Part shown: positions 38,353-47,890 of the stretch, piece by piece
How positions within the stretch are numbered: position 1 is the stretch's first letter
Layout: every line of letters starts with the position of its first letter
Assembly: GCA_963720465.1 (NCBI GenBank)
Contig: OY970393.1
Location: forward strand, 514,893 to 578,892
Source: Methanobacteriota archaeon
GTDB lineage: Archaea; Halobacteriota; Bog-38; Methanoflorentales; Methanoflorentaceae
Direction of reading: 5' to 3'
DNA: 64,000 bases
The notes under the pieces: model-generated
Databases searched by the model: none
Told to the model about the DNA's origin: nothing
Seen by the model: the letters and a program-made list of their open reading frames with translations, nothing else
Position numbers and translations under genes: made by a program

Positions 38353-39341
38353 TGTAATTCTCCTGGATTCCCCAAAGAATTATGGAAAAAGTCCTTAACC
38401 GTTCCATGGGCAAAGGCCGCCTCACCGGCTCATTCTTGTTCTTTGGTCTTCCTCTTTGAGCTCCTTCTTTTGAGCGTCAGCCAGGAACCATTGATAATCT
38501 GTCTTCTATTTCAAACCCCCTTTTTTGTGGAGTTAGTGACCGTTACCCACTTTCGCTATACTTTTTCGCGATTTGATGCACTTTTGATGCACTTTGCTCA
38601 ACTCATCGCCTTAATCGTCGACCTGCGAACGCGAAGAGTCAGAATACCGCTGGGTTTTATTTACCAGTTTTAACCGGACTCGCCTCATTGCCGCTCGTTT
38701 TATGGAAGCTTTCAATGATAGTCTCACCGTCTATCACCACCCAAATTGAATCAGATTCAGCCTCGACATTCTACGCCAGCCGTATAACGGGCTATGAGTC
38801 ACGATAAATGCTGCGGCAAATACGAAAAGCTATTCGCGGCGCTGGTGCATTTGCACTTGTATCCTCTTGATAATCCGTCGGAGCTGCTGACGTGCGCGGT
38901 CCGGAAGCCGGCTATCGTGCAGCGGTCTCGCAGCTATTAATAGACTGGCCAACTGGTCGAGCACTTCCTAAAAAGTTTTTCGGCATATATCTCTGCAAAA
39001 TCGCTTTTGTAGTCCGCGATTTCAAGGATGAGTTCGTCGACCTCTACACAATCACGGTTCATAGGGCAAAATGGTAGGTCTATCTGGGTAATTGTTAGCT
39101 AAAAATAGAGCGAAAGTATGGTAAAATTCAGAGGGACTTCGTGCACGACGTTTTTAAGGCTGTCACCATCGGAGGTTTGCGTCAGCTTTTAAACGGAAGC
39201 CTCTGCGCCCGTTGATTGCCGATTTGCTTTAATCTCCTGTGCGCTGTCAGATCGAAAAATCAAGGACGTATCGCAGTAAGTAGAGGCGTCCATATAGCTA
39301 TGTCAATATATAGGTAACTTCGCTGTAATCATGGTGATTTT

Positions 39342-39896
39342 ATGGATGATGAGTGGAAATTGCTGATAAGCGAAGCAACGGACGAAATCAAGGAGCTACC
39401 CGCAGAAAAAGCAGTCAAAGAAAATAAATTAGAAGAAGACAGCGCGCAAGTCGAGATTATGTTGCGCAAGGTCATCATTCCTACGCTTAAGGAGCTAAAA
39501 GTAGAACTGGATAAACACAACACACCAGCACGCGTTACCAGTATTGAGAATACCTTTCCAGACTGGACTCATTATAGCGCATCGATCACTGTTGACCTCT
39601 CCGGCTTGTTACGTGACTTTATTAAAAACAAGGCACCTTCTGCACCTTATCCAGAGTTTTTCTATGAAATTGGTATAGAAGCGACTCCTTACAAGATTTT
39701 GTATAATAACAAGTGCTACATCACAGATACAAAGGGCCGAAGCCGCGAACTGAGCCACATTAAAAGCCCCCTTCCAACTACTTTCGATCTGACAAACGAT
39801 AGCACCGATTTGACAAGCGATAATATAAAGTGGGACTTTGGACTCAGATACAAAGAGTCTGTAGATTTCTTGAGAACCACCGAAGTATATGGATAG
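39342..39896 (+). CDS. hypothetical protein
   Basis: 184-aa ORF in a lower-G+C stretch. No family recognised. Confidence 0.4.
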   Translation: MDDEWKLLISEATDEIKELPAEKAVKENKLEEDSAQVEIMLRKVIIPTLKELKVELDKHNTPARVTSIENTFPDWTHYSASITVDLSGLLRDFIKNKAPSAPYPEFFYEIGIEATPYKILYNNKCYITDTKGRSRELSHIKSPLPTTFDLTNDSTDLTSDNIKWDFGLRYKESVDFLRTTEVYG

Positions 39897-40287
39897 ATCC
39901 GGCCGAGCCCCATCGTTCTTTTTGCAATCGGACGCGAGAATTATGGCCGACGATGAGCGCGACGTCGACATTAAGAACGTTATCACCATAACTGCAACCG
40001 GAGGGGAGACAATACACGAGGAGGGTGAGAGTTACACCGTGCCTAAAACGTGGCTCATGTCACTCGTGAAAAGCCTGATGGCTAAAAGCGTTTTGAAGAT
40101 AAACAAGAACCTCAAAGACGCTCCGGCGCTCATACACGAGCTTGACGTTTTTATGGTCAAACGAAGCTCAGACGCTAGAAGGCTGAAATTTGAGGCAGCT
40201 CCGAGCGCCAATGACGACCTCGTTTCTGCATTGTGTCTTGCTTGCTTCCTGGCCAGACCGAGGCAGCGCCACTTGATAGGCGACTGA
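39889..40287 (+). pseudogene. C-terminal fragment of a virus terminase large subunit (nuclease-domain end)
   Basis: ...APALIHELDVFMVKRSSDARRLKFEAAPSANDDLVSALCLACFLA matches the conserved terminase C-terminal block (..L..EL..F.......G...FEA..G.HDDLV.AL.LA). No ATPase domain precedes it. Confidence 0.5.
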
Positions 40288-40496
40288 GATAAAGCGCGAC
40301 CATGGCGACCGCGTACGCGCAGGGCCGAATCGCACGTAGTAGCTATTCGATGGCAAATCGAGGCTCCCGGCACTTTTGACTGTGTTACCGGCTGACCCAT
40401 TATTAGCACCCGCTGCCCCTGCAATCGCTCTCAATCCACACCTTCACAGTTGCCTCCAATTGTTAAGGGAAATACTTGCAAGCGTGTGACTCCAAC

Positions 40497-40612
40497 GCGC
40501 TTTGTATGGTATATCTCTATGACGGTAAAGCGCAGCTTAAAAAAGAAGGGTGTGATAAGCTTCTAGGGCCGAAATGAGTATATATGCTGTACGCCGTTGG
40601 ATCAAAAAAATA
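40497..40612 (+). repeat. intergenic repeat element, copy 1 (core 40539..40600)
   Basis: Core AAAAAAGAAGGGTGTGATAAGCTTCTAGGGCCGAAATGAGTATATATGCTGTACGCCGTTGG aligns without gaps to 45322..45383. About 45 of 62 positions are identical by my count. Confidence 0.55.
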
Positions 40613-40713
40613 GTCTATCTAGTGGCATTTTGTGCCTTCGAGACTTACGCCTTCCTTGTCTGTCTTCAGTCGGGACGCGAATATAGCCTATAACTTTCAC
40701 GCTATGCGCATTC

Positions 40714-40917
40714 TTATGACTCTCGAATCAGGCACGACATGTCAGCCTCATTCTGATGGTCGTCTAAGCAGGCAAGGGCCAGCCGAATTATATCATCTTG
40801 GGATAGTTCCTGCTTCTTGGTCTCCTGTATCTTGAGTTTGAGCAGAATAAGCCACTCTCTCGTATCCTTCGAGACGGTTATGGTCGTCTTATCTTGCACG
40901 CTTACCATTTTCACCAT
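40714..40917 (-). CDS. ribbon-helix-helix (CopG/Arc-like) small DNA-binding protein
   Basis: 67 aa. KTTITVSKDTREWLILLK (beta strand plus helix) followed by a second helix DDIIRLALACL. Confidence 0.5.
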   Translation of the reverse strand: MVKMVSVQDKTTITVSKDTREWLILLKLKIQETKKQELSQDDIIRLALACLDDHQNEADMSCLIRES

Positions 40918-41533
40918 TCTCCCTATACGGCTTTGGCCATAAGGTAATGCTAGTAATTATGATACTGTCAATGTGTATATGGTTACGGGTTGCCCAGAGG
41001 GCCTGCCCAAAAATTACGACAGCTTTTGCGGAGGTCGACTAATGTAGAGGCGCACAAATAGAAAATGCCTCTATGAAGCCTAACTAGTGCCAAGTCATCT
41101 CAAGGTCGGTTCTTGGAAAAAAGATATGACGGGCGGCAGAAGAAAAGTGGTTGAATAAATGAAAAACAGCGTGCATAATTTATTTTACAACGAAGATAGG
41201 CAGTGTGCAGAGCTTTAGAAAAAACAGCCAAAACTTCCGATAAGACGCCTGAACCTCCGTCTTCACACGTCGATAATCATTTGTTATTGATCTAGCGTGG
41301 GATCCTAACCAGGACATCAGGAAAGAGTCTAAGCGTCCACCATTGAGGGCACGTCGCCTATATCAGGCGGAGACCTTGTTTGGATGAGATATGTGGCTAA
41401 CCTTTATCTATAAATGGTCACCTGGATAAAGATGAGCCAATGGTGAAACCGAGCTGTTCAGGTCGGTTTTAATTAATCACCGTCGATCACAATAATTACG
41501 CCAATATTTGGAGATATATCAAGAGGCAATACT

Positions 41534-42769
41534 TTGAAAAAAGCATGCGTCCTCACCAATGGCTGTCCGGAGAACCAGTTAGACTCTGGCCGCGTGAAGA
41601 CGTATTTAGAGGGAAATGGGTGGCAGATAGCAGATAACGTTACAGATGCTGATCTTATCCTCTTTAATGCCTGTGCGTTGACTCAACCCTTAGAGTTAAA
41701 CTCGATTCATCTCATTCAGCACATTAAGAAACAAATAAAAGATGATCAGCGATTGATCGTGTGGGGATGCCTGCCCAAAATAGACCCTGAAAAGCTTTTC
41801 CAGACGCATCAGGAGCTTTCTTTCGGAGAACGAGAAGTCGGCAAGCTGGACGAAGTAATTAAGGCTACAACGTCGATAAATGAAGTAACTGCCAACGAAA
41901 TTTGCCGGCCGGTGTCTAAAACAAGCACACGGCATCGTCTTCGTAAACTCGACCGTTTACCTATTAAACTTCTTTATCTGCCGTATCTAAGGCTGACAGC
42001 AGGTAATTGCCTGTGTCGACGCGATGACCCTTCAATCTTTTACATCAAGATAGCGACTGGCTGTTTAGGAAACTGTTCGTATTGTGCGGTGAAGAAATCC
42101 CGTGGTAACATCAAGAGCAAACCCATTGATGAGGTCATGGATGAATTCAAGGCCGGACTCAGCCGTGGGTTCAAAGAGTTCAGCCTACTGGGAACGGACT
42201 TGGGACCATATGGGCGAGACCTCGGTTATGACTATGACCTGGCAGACCTTCTCACCAAAATGGTAAGTGAAAACGGCGATTTTAAGATTGGCCTGCGTAA
42301 TATCCATCCCCTCTTTCTAAAACAGATGATTAACGAGTTAGTTCCCGCTTTTGCGACAGGAAAGATATGGTTTACCGGGGTCCCTGTTGAGTCCGGAAGC
42401 GACCGGATCTTAAGGCTGATGAAGCGGGGATATAGTATTGCTGATGTCAAGGAAAGCATCCGACGACTGAAAGAGGCGCATCCGGACCTGTTCATTCAGA
42501 CTCAGATTATGGTAAACTTCCCAACCGAAACAGCGAAAGAGTTTGCTGAGTCCATGAGCCTGTTCGACGAATCTAATTTCGACTATGCCGAAATCTATGC
42601 ATTTTCACCACGTCCGGGCACCACTGCTGCAGACATGGACGGTAGAGTTCCTGGCAGGGTAGCCTACTTCCGGGAATTGCGAATGGTAACTCGAGCCTTA
42701 TCCTACGCGCTCTCCGATCGATTATTCCGTGAAACCGCATTAGGTGAAGAAAATATACACGCAATCTAA
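41534..42769 (+). CDS. radical SAM methylthiotransferase-like protein (MiaB/RimO superfamily) without a recognisable TRAM domain
   Basis: 411 aa. N-terminal UPF0004-type Cys triad context (LTNGCPENQLDS..., ILFNACAL, VWGCLPK) and radical SAM motif IATGCLGNCSYCAV. The C-terminus ends right after the radical SAM core. TTG start in the track. Confidence 0.65.
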   Translation: MKKACVLTNGCPENQLDSGRVKTYLEGNGWQIADNVTDADLILFNACALTQPLELNSIHLIQHIKKQIKDDQRLIVWGCLPKIDPEKLFQTHQELSFGEREVGKLDEVIKATTSINEVTANEICRPVSKTSTRHRLRKLDRLPIKLLYLPYLRLTAGNCLCRRDDPSIFYIKIATGCLGNCSYCAVKKSRGNIKSKPIDEVMDEFKAGLSRGFKEFSLLGTDLGPYGRDLGYDYDLADLLTKMVSENGDFKIGLRNIHPLFLKQMINELVPAFATGKIWFTGVPVESGSDRILRLMKRGYSIADVKESIRRLKEAHPDLFIQTQIMVNFPTETAKEFAESMSLFDESNFDYAEIYAFSPRPGTTAADMDGRVPGRVAYFRELRMVTRALSYALSDRLFRETALGEENIHAI

Positions 42770-43083
42770 CCCATATCGGTCTGCAAACTGACGATTTTTC
42801 GGGTAGGTTTCTGCTAGGACAAGCAAAAGAAAAGGGAACCACTAACCTCACTCCCTCTTCTTTTATCAACGTTTCCAGAATTGACCACCCCTCCAACTAA
42901 GCATCTGGCTTTTCTTTTACCCTTACACAGACTAGACCCCAATTCCTATAGTATGACTTCAGATTTTCTTTCAACATTCTGTGGGATCTTTTCAAGGAAA
43001 AGTTGGGAAGAAAAGGTAAGATCACTTCGCACGTGCAGAAAGCTTCACCGCCTCAAAGAGCGTCGGTCAGATCATCTAGCAAA

Positions 43084-43236
43084 TCAATCTAGTATCGTCC
43101 CACATCTTCGGCGTCGCCGCTCCAAACAGTCTAAAGCCGTGTTTATGAGACTGTCTAAAGTATCGTCAACTGTCCTCAGGTTCTTGATACGTGCTCGCGT
43201 GCTCTCTTTAATCCTTATTGTTACAGCCTTTTCCAT
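43084..43236 (-). CDS. ribbon-helix-helix small protein (50 aa, not in the ORF track)
   Basis: Own translation: MEKAVTIRIKESTRARIKNLRTVDDTLDSLINTALDCLERRRRRCGTILD. RHH-type beta strand (VTIRIKESTRARI) plus helix. It starts 28 nt downstream of the SPASM gene stop, preceded by a purine-rich GGGAGAAGAAGAGG. Confidence 0.45.
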   Translation of the reverse strand: MEKAVTIRIKESTRARIKNLRTVDDTLDSLINTALDCLERRRRRCGTILD

Positions 43237-43264
43237 ACTTATGCCTCTTCTTCTCCCGCTCTAC

Positions 43265-44425
43265 CTAATTTGAGGCCAGTTTTCGTATAAGCGGCATAAT
43301 TGCGGGCCTCACGCTCTTCGCTGGCTCGACAGATACATCCATCTCCAGGCCGACGGATCCGATCATCTCCTCGTTGAAACGATCTGCGATCTCATCAAAG
43401 ATCCTCTTATATGCAAGGCAATGTGGATCAACGCCCATAATCTCGCCGCTAGTAGACGCCATTGCGTTGTAAGGGCAGCCTCCCCTACAGTAGCGAATAT
43501 GCTTGCAACCTTTGCACTCCTCATCCACATACTCCTTAAAGCGGCGCATCAGAAGTCCAGCAGCTGATTCGGCCAGATCCTTCTGGCTGGGGCGATCCCG
43601 GACGTGGCCCATAACGTATTCCGGCATGCCCACGAAGCGGTAGCATGGATAAATGCTTCCATCCGGGCCGACGGCAAACGTATTCTCCATGCAGTCCACA
43701 AAGGTGCAGACCGTGCCACGCCTAGTTAAGACGCATCTGCAGTAGTCGTTGATGTTTCTGACCTCAATACGGTTCATGTTATCAAGGTACCTATCCATCA
43801 GATAGACAAGAAGCTCGCCGTACTTCTCCGGAGAGAGCGCCCACTTATCCGGCTCGTCACTGCGCAGGGACGGCAAAGCTGGATGCAGCTTAAGAGTCAG
43901 CCCGTTTTCAAGGAAATGATTGAATATCTTCTCTTTGAACTGCACAGAATAAGAGGTGAACGTGCAGATAAACTGCACCTGCAAGCCGTGGCTCTTGGCC
44001 AATTCGTATCCTTTCATGGTTCTCTCATAGTAGCCCTCCGATCGTTGCAGGTCGTTCAAATCCTGAGGGCCGTCTAGGCTTGAGCCTATGGGAATATTGT
44101 TATCAGACAGGACCTCCGCTAGCTCGGGCGTAAGCTTCCAGAGGTTGGTTTGCAGGGCGAAATTGGGCTCAATATGCTCGAGCTTTGTTGAGAGCATAGG
44201 CAGAGCCTGTCTGTAGAAATCAGCTCCGGCTAGGAGGGGTTCCCCCCCGTGAAATGTAAATGTGACAGGATCATTTCTGAAGTCCTTAAGCCAGGCCACA
44301 ATATCCTTGACGGTCTCTATGCTCATCATAGGCGAACCCACCTCGGAACTCCAGCAGTAAGCGCATTTCGAAGGGCAGCCAAGGGTAGGAATGATCATGA
44401 CGTGAAAGGGCCTTTTTTGTTTCAT
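43265..44425 (-). CDS. radical SAM/SPASM-domain maturase-like enzyme (anaerobic sulfatase maturase / peptide-modifying family)
   Basis: 386 aa. CPSKCAYC (CX3CX2C), GGEPLL, and C-terminal SPASM cysteines (..VCTFVDC.., ..IYPCYRF.., ECKGCKHIRYCRGGCPYNA). Confidence 0.75.
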   Translation of the reverse strand: MKQKRPFHVMIIPTLGCPSKCAYCWSSEVGSPMMSIETVKDIVAWLKDFRNDPVTFTFHGGEPLLAGADFYRQALPMLSTKLEHIEPNFALQTNLWKLTPELAEVLSDNNIPIGSSLDGPQDLNDLQRSEGYYERTMKGYELAKSHGLQVQFICTFTSYSVQFKEKIFNHFLENGLTLKLHPALPSLRSDEPDKWALSPEKYGELLVYLMDRYLDNMNRIEVRNINDYCRCVLTRRGTVCTFVDCMENTFAVGPDGSIYPCYRFVGMPEYVMGHVRDRPSQKDLAESAAGLLMRRFKEYVDEECKGCKHIRYCRGGCPYNAMASTSGEIMGVDPHCLAYKRIFDEIADRFNEEMIGSVGLEMDVSVEPAKSVRPAIMPLIRKLASN

Positions 44426-44553
44426 CGTTTATTTGACCTTCTTTAAAACTACTTTCAAACTACTAATAGTATATCTTCAGCACCTCTCTTTTTGGTCGCT
44501 CTGTCATTCCCGCGAGTTCCGAATCCCCGCGACCTCTGTGCTTAGACACATGC

Positions 44554-44847
44554 TCATTGTGCGATCCTCTTCCACGTGCTCTCACTCGAGATAAACGCGT
44601 GTCCCAAGCGCTGCACTACCTCCTGTAGCACCGCAGCCGCAGGGGCGTTGCGGTTTAGATTTACCTGAAGCTCAGCGGCGTTCAGCACAGCGAGAAGAGC
44701 GTTCTTGGTGCCGGGTATAAAGGCTGAGGGAGCGAGGCGGTTGGCGGTATTCTTGAGCTGTTGAATATCCGCAAGGCGCTCGCCTTGCCGACCACCTTGA
44801 CGTTGGCGCCGCTGTTGGTGCTGCCGGCAAAGGTGCTTAAAAGACAA
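44554..44847 (-). CDS. hypothetical ORF, possibly a decayed gene
   Basis: 97-aa track ORF. An overlapping ORF in another frame (44682..44867) also looks protein-like (STFAGSTNSGANVKVVGKA), which suggests a frameshifted remnant. Confidence 0.2.
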   Translation of the reverse strand: MSFKHLCRQHQQRRQRQGGRQGERLADIQQLKNTANRLAPSAFIPGTKNALLAVLNAAELQVNLNRNAPAAAVLQEVVQRLGHAFISSESTWKRIAQ

Positions 44848-45282
44848 CGTCCCCCCATCGTTGCCACCAGCGACTGCAGACGCTATATATAGTTACGTGC
44901 GGTGAACCTTAAATCACGTGCACACATCTGTGTCGTTGGGTGCGTGACTCAGCCAACGCGCATCTCTGGTTAAGCGACTTCCGCAAGTTCGCAGAACAAT
45001 TTGGGGATGTCATCAGCTGAGATGCGACTAACCGCAAGTATGTCCTCGCGCACGGGATGACTGGGGTGGATTGGGAACATTACAAGCACCCTCTTACAGA
45101 GGATGTCTACGAAACTTACATGCGAGACTGGGCGAATGTCGAACTTGCGGGTTGAGGTGTGCTAGGACATTGGCTGAACATGTCAAAGAAAAGGTGCAGG
45201 CGGTGCTGCGCGAGTAATCGCGGCCTATTCAGAAGTGACAAATAACCCGCTCAGTTTAGTTTTTAGCCTACCGTTTTGATGC

Positions 45283-45398
45283 CGCTTATGTGGCTACTCA
45301 CCTTTGATTATTGCCGCAGTTGAAAAAAGAGGGGTGTAGTGAGCTTCCAGGGGCGGAATGAATATATTTGCGCTACGCTGTCGAACGGGTAAAAGAAA
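45283..45398 (+). repeat. intergenic repeat element, copy 2 (core 45322..45383)
   Basis: Core AAAAAAGAGGGGTGTAGTGAGCTTCCAGGGGCGGAATGAATATATTTGCGCTACGCTGTCGA. Same orientation as copy 1, with weaker similarity extending ~40 nt upstream. Confidence 0.55.
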
Positions 45399-45861
45399 CA
45401 CGCTGCACTTTCGACTTTTTAGGAGTTTTGCGCCCTTCATAGTGGAGGCCACACTTCTACGAAGCGAACGGACTGCACAAGAACTTCCAGCTTCAAATTC
45501 CTAGCTAATTAGAGACGAACCGCTTATTGTTATAAAAATCTATAGCCAGCCGTTTCCATAGGCGATTTGATAAGACATCGCCCTTTTTGAGCTTAGTTCA
45601 GAAAGCTTCGCATTACTTCTCAATGAACTAGATGAAATGCCAGGTGGCGAATGTTAGGTATCCTCGTAGAAGAGAAGCTTAAATCGTTATTATTGACCAG
45701 TCATAACGCTTAAATATCTTCGAAAGCATTATATCTCCCGCCAAGTGGAAAATGGCTTCTGCACCATTCTCGTGGCCGTGAACACAGCCGAAGCGATGGT
45801 AGGAAAACCATTTCCGACAAACTCAAAGCTAGCTCGCAAGCGTTAGTTACGGAGGATACGG

Positions 45862-46746
45862 ATGACTAAGAAGAAGATTATACCGATATTGCTTTGCGCA
45901 TTGTTGAGCGTGCTCGTCGTCACCACGTGTGGCTGCACGACTACGCAAAACACCCAAAGCACGAAGCTCACTGTTTTTGCTCCAGGGTCGCTTACTGACG
46001 CATTTAATCAGACGGCTCAGGCCTTTGAAGCCAATAACTCGGGCGTCACTGTCGCCGTTAATTATGCTGCTAGTAACGTTCAGGCGCTCCAAATCGAGCA
46101 AGGGGCCTATGCGGACGTTTTCGCATCTGCCGATCTAATGCACATGAAGTCCATGCAGGACGCAGGGTTAATGAACAACTCAAGCATAACTATTTTCGCA
46201 GAGAATCATTTAGCCATTATCGTCCCGACAGGGAACCCTGCGAACATTACCAGTCTGTCCGGCCTTGCGAAGCCAGGAGTAAAACTCGATATCGCGAACA
46301 GTTCTACCCCATGCGGTAATTACACGCTGCAAATGCTCGCACTAGCGTCTAATAACACGACCTACGGCTCCGGCTTTGCGAAAAGCTTCATGGCAAACGT
46401 AGTGTCAGAGGAAGCGATGGTCAACTCCGTCGTAGCCAAGGTGGCGCTCGGTGAGGCCGACGCAGGAGTTGTCACTAAAGCCGACGTACCAGCCGCATAT
46501 CAGAGTAAGGTGCAGGTAATCACGGTCCCTAACAGTGTGAACGTCCTTGCCAAATATCCAATCGGGGTAGTCAGCGGCTCGCAGAACGCTCAACTGGCGC
46601 AGAGTTTCATCAACTATGTTACCTCTCCTGACGGTCAGGCAATCTTGTTGAAGTACGGTTTCCTCATTCCACCGACTTCGCAGAATACGACCACCGCTGC
46701 CGCATCATCAGTAGCGTCGCAGAGTGCAACCGCTTCTGCGATGTGA
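45862..46746 (+). CDS. modA: molybdate/tungstate ABC-transporter substrate-binding protein (ModA family), lipobox-type signal
   Basis: 294 aa. Signal peptide plus ..TTCGC.., the LTVFAPGSLTDAF...VNYAASNVQALQIEQGAYADVFASAD ModA pattern, and a Thr/Ser-rich C-terminal tail. No modB or modC is nearby. Confidence 0.65.
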   Translation: MTKKKIIPILLCALLSVLVVTTCGCTTTQNTQSTKLTVFAPGSLTDAFNQTAQAFEANNSGVTVAVNYAASNVQALQIEQGAYADVFASADLMHMKSMQDAGLMNNSSITIFAENHLAIIVPTGNPANITSLSGLAKPGVKLDIANSSTPCGNYTLQMLALASNNTTYGSGFAKSFMANVVSEEAMVNSVVAKVALGEADAGVVTKADVPAAYQSKVQVITVPNSVNVLAKYPIGVVSGSQNAQLAQSFINYVTSPDGQAILLKYGFLIPPTSQNTTTAAASSVASQSATASAM

Positions 46747-47237
46747 CCAGTGCCAAACGCCGTAAATAAAGCGTTCGCAGTAAGGTAGGGGCGGCACGTC
46801 CTGACAGCACCCGCGGTCGCGACAAGCACACCTATGAAGGCCTATAGCATGCTTTGGCCGCGCAGCTGTTCAAAAATTACGACGGGCTCAACGCTTGCTT
46901 GAATTTAATGTTGAATTGCTAAAGAAAAACCCTTTATACGCCCCCTCGCAGTTTGCAGACAACAAAGCCAGGCACCGACCGAGTGAACCAGGGCTCCTGT
47001 ATCACTCAGTCGCTCCGCTCCTTCGCTTTGTTTGGTTCATGTGGGCCGCTTTTGTGAGCTATAAATCCCCTCAGTCTAGGGGCCCACGAAGTAAGTTGCC
47101 AGCTATTGAGAAGTCGTCAAAAGTGTCGCAAAATAGCCAGCAAACCACCTTTAGGTTAAATAATTAAAAAAGCTGCCGATATATCATTCATAATCGCTTA
47201 TGGCAATTATGTGGGGGTAACACTTCCTACTCAGTAG

Positions 47238-47347
47238 CGTTCGCGTGTTCTCGTAAGATGGTCTTGCTCAAAGAACTGCCCGACGTCATAAAGCAATCAG
47301 GCGCAGCCTATGTTGACTGCTTGTCGGGCGCGATCATGAAAGATGCG
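47238..47347 (+). pseudogene. short relic of an arsM paralogue
   Basis: Translation [29 protein letters not shown] parallels ArsM residues [29 protein letters not shown] (28024..28110). Nucleotide similarity is obvious by eye and nothing ArsM-like flanks it. Confidence 0.7.
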
Positions 47348-47890
47348 GATCGGAACGATCAGAGCTACCGTCTTTTTTTGTCGCTCTTTGCTGCCACGGT
47401 AACGACAGGCGCGGTGCGCAGAGTCGAATAAGCAATTAGCGGCATCTGCTACCTGAGCACGTATATGATGTCTATATGCCATATAGGAGAGATGTTGAAC
47501 TCTCACCTTAAGGTGACTCATTGGCTAAAGACTCAATTCGTTCTAGCTGAAGTTGTGCTCGAACGCAAGGAGGCACGTTTTTTTTTTCGGAAATCAAGGT
47601 GTGCTAAAACGGTTTTCGAAATCCTATCGGATGAGAAGCTGTAGATAACAGGGAGTGAGTGATAAGATCAAATTGCCTAAGTCGGTTTTGCGTCAGCTCG
47701 TGAACGGGGCTCTGGAATCCGAGGAAATCGAAAAAAGAAATGTTAAGGGCAATAAAATAGGCCTAGTCCGCATTTTTTATGCGAAAACACTAAAAAAAGA
47801 ATAGGTGGGTTGGTTAGATAAAAATAGTGTATAATTATGTGATAAAAGTCCTACAATGTCTTTCAGCGTGGTCTCAAATAGAGCGATATC

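Noticed and set aside
38575-38600. Short tandem TGATGCACTTT x2
   Set aside because: Only two units of 11 nt in AT-rich non-coding DNA, which is compatible with chance or slippage.
41159-41218. 19-aa ORF (MKNSVHNLFYNEDRQCAEL) upstream of the methylthiotransferase-like gene, considered as a RiPP precursor
   Set aside because: It has no ribosome-binding sequence and no leader/core architecture, it lies 315 nt from the enzyme gene, and I have no conservation data. It is mentioned only as something to test.
42881-43273. 130-aa plus-strand track ORF between the two radical SAM genes
   Set aside because: It has a low-complexity Leu/Arg/Ser-rich composition. The opposite strand encodes a well-formed RHH mini-protein (43084..43236) that better explains the region.
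46960-47060. tRNA-like or att-site candidate near GGTTCATGTGGGCC
   Set aside because: No T-loop consensus (GTTCRANYC with a paired stem) and no acceptor-stem complementarity could be built. The only convincing tRNA in the window is at 8757..8892.
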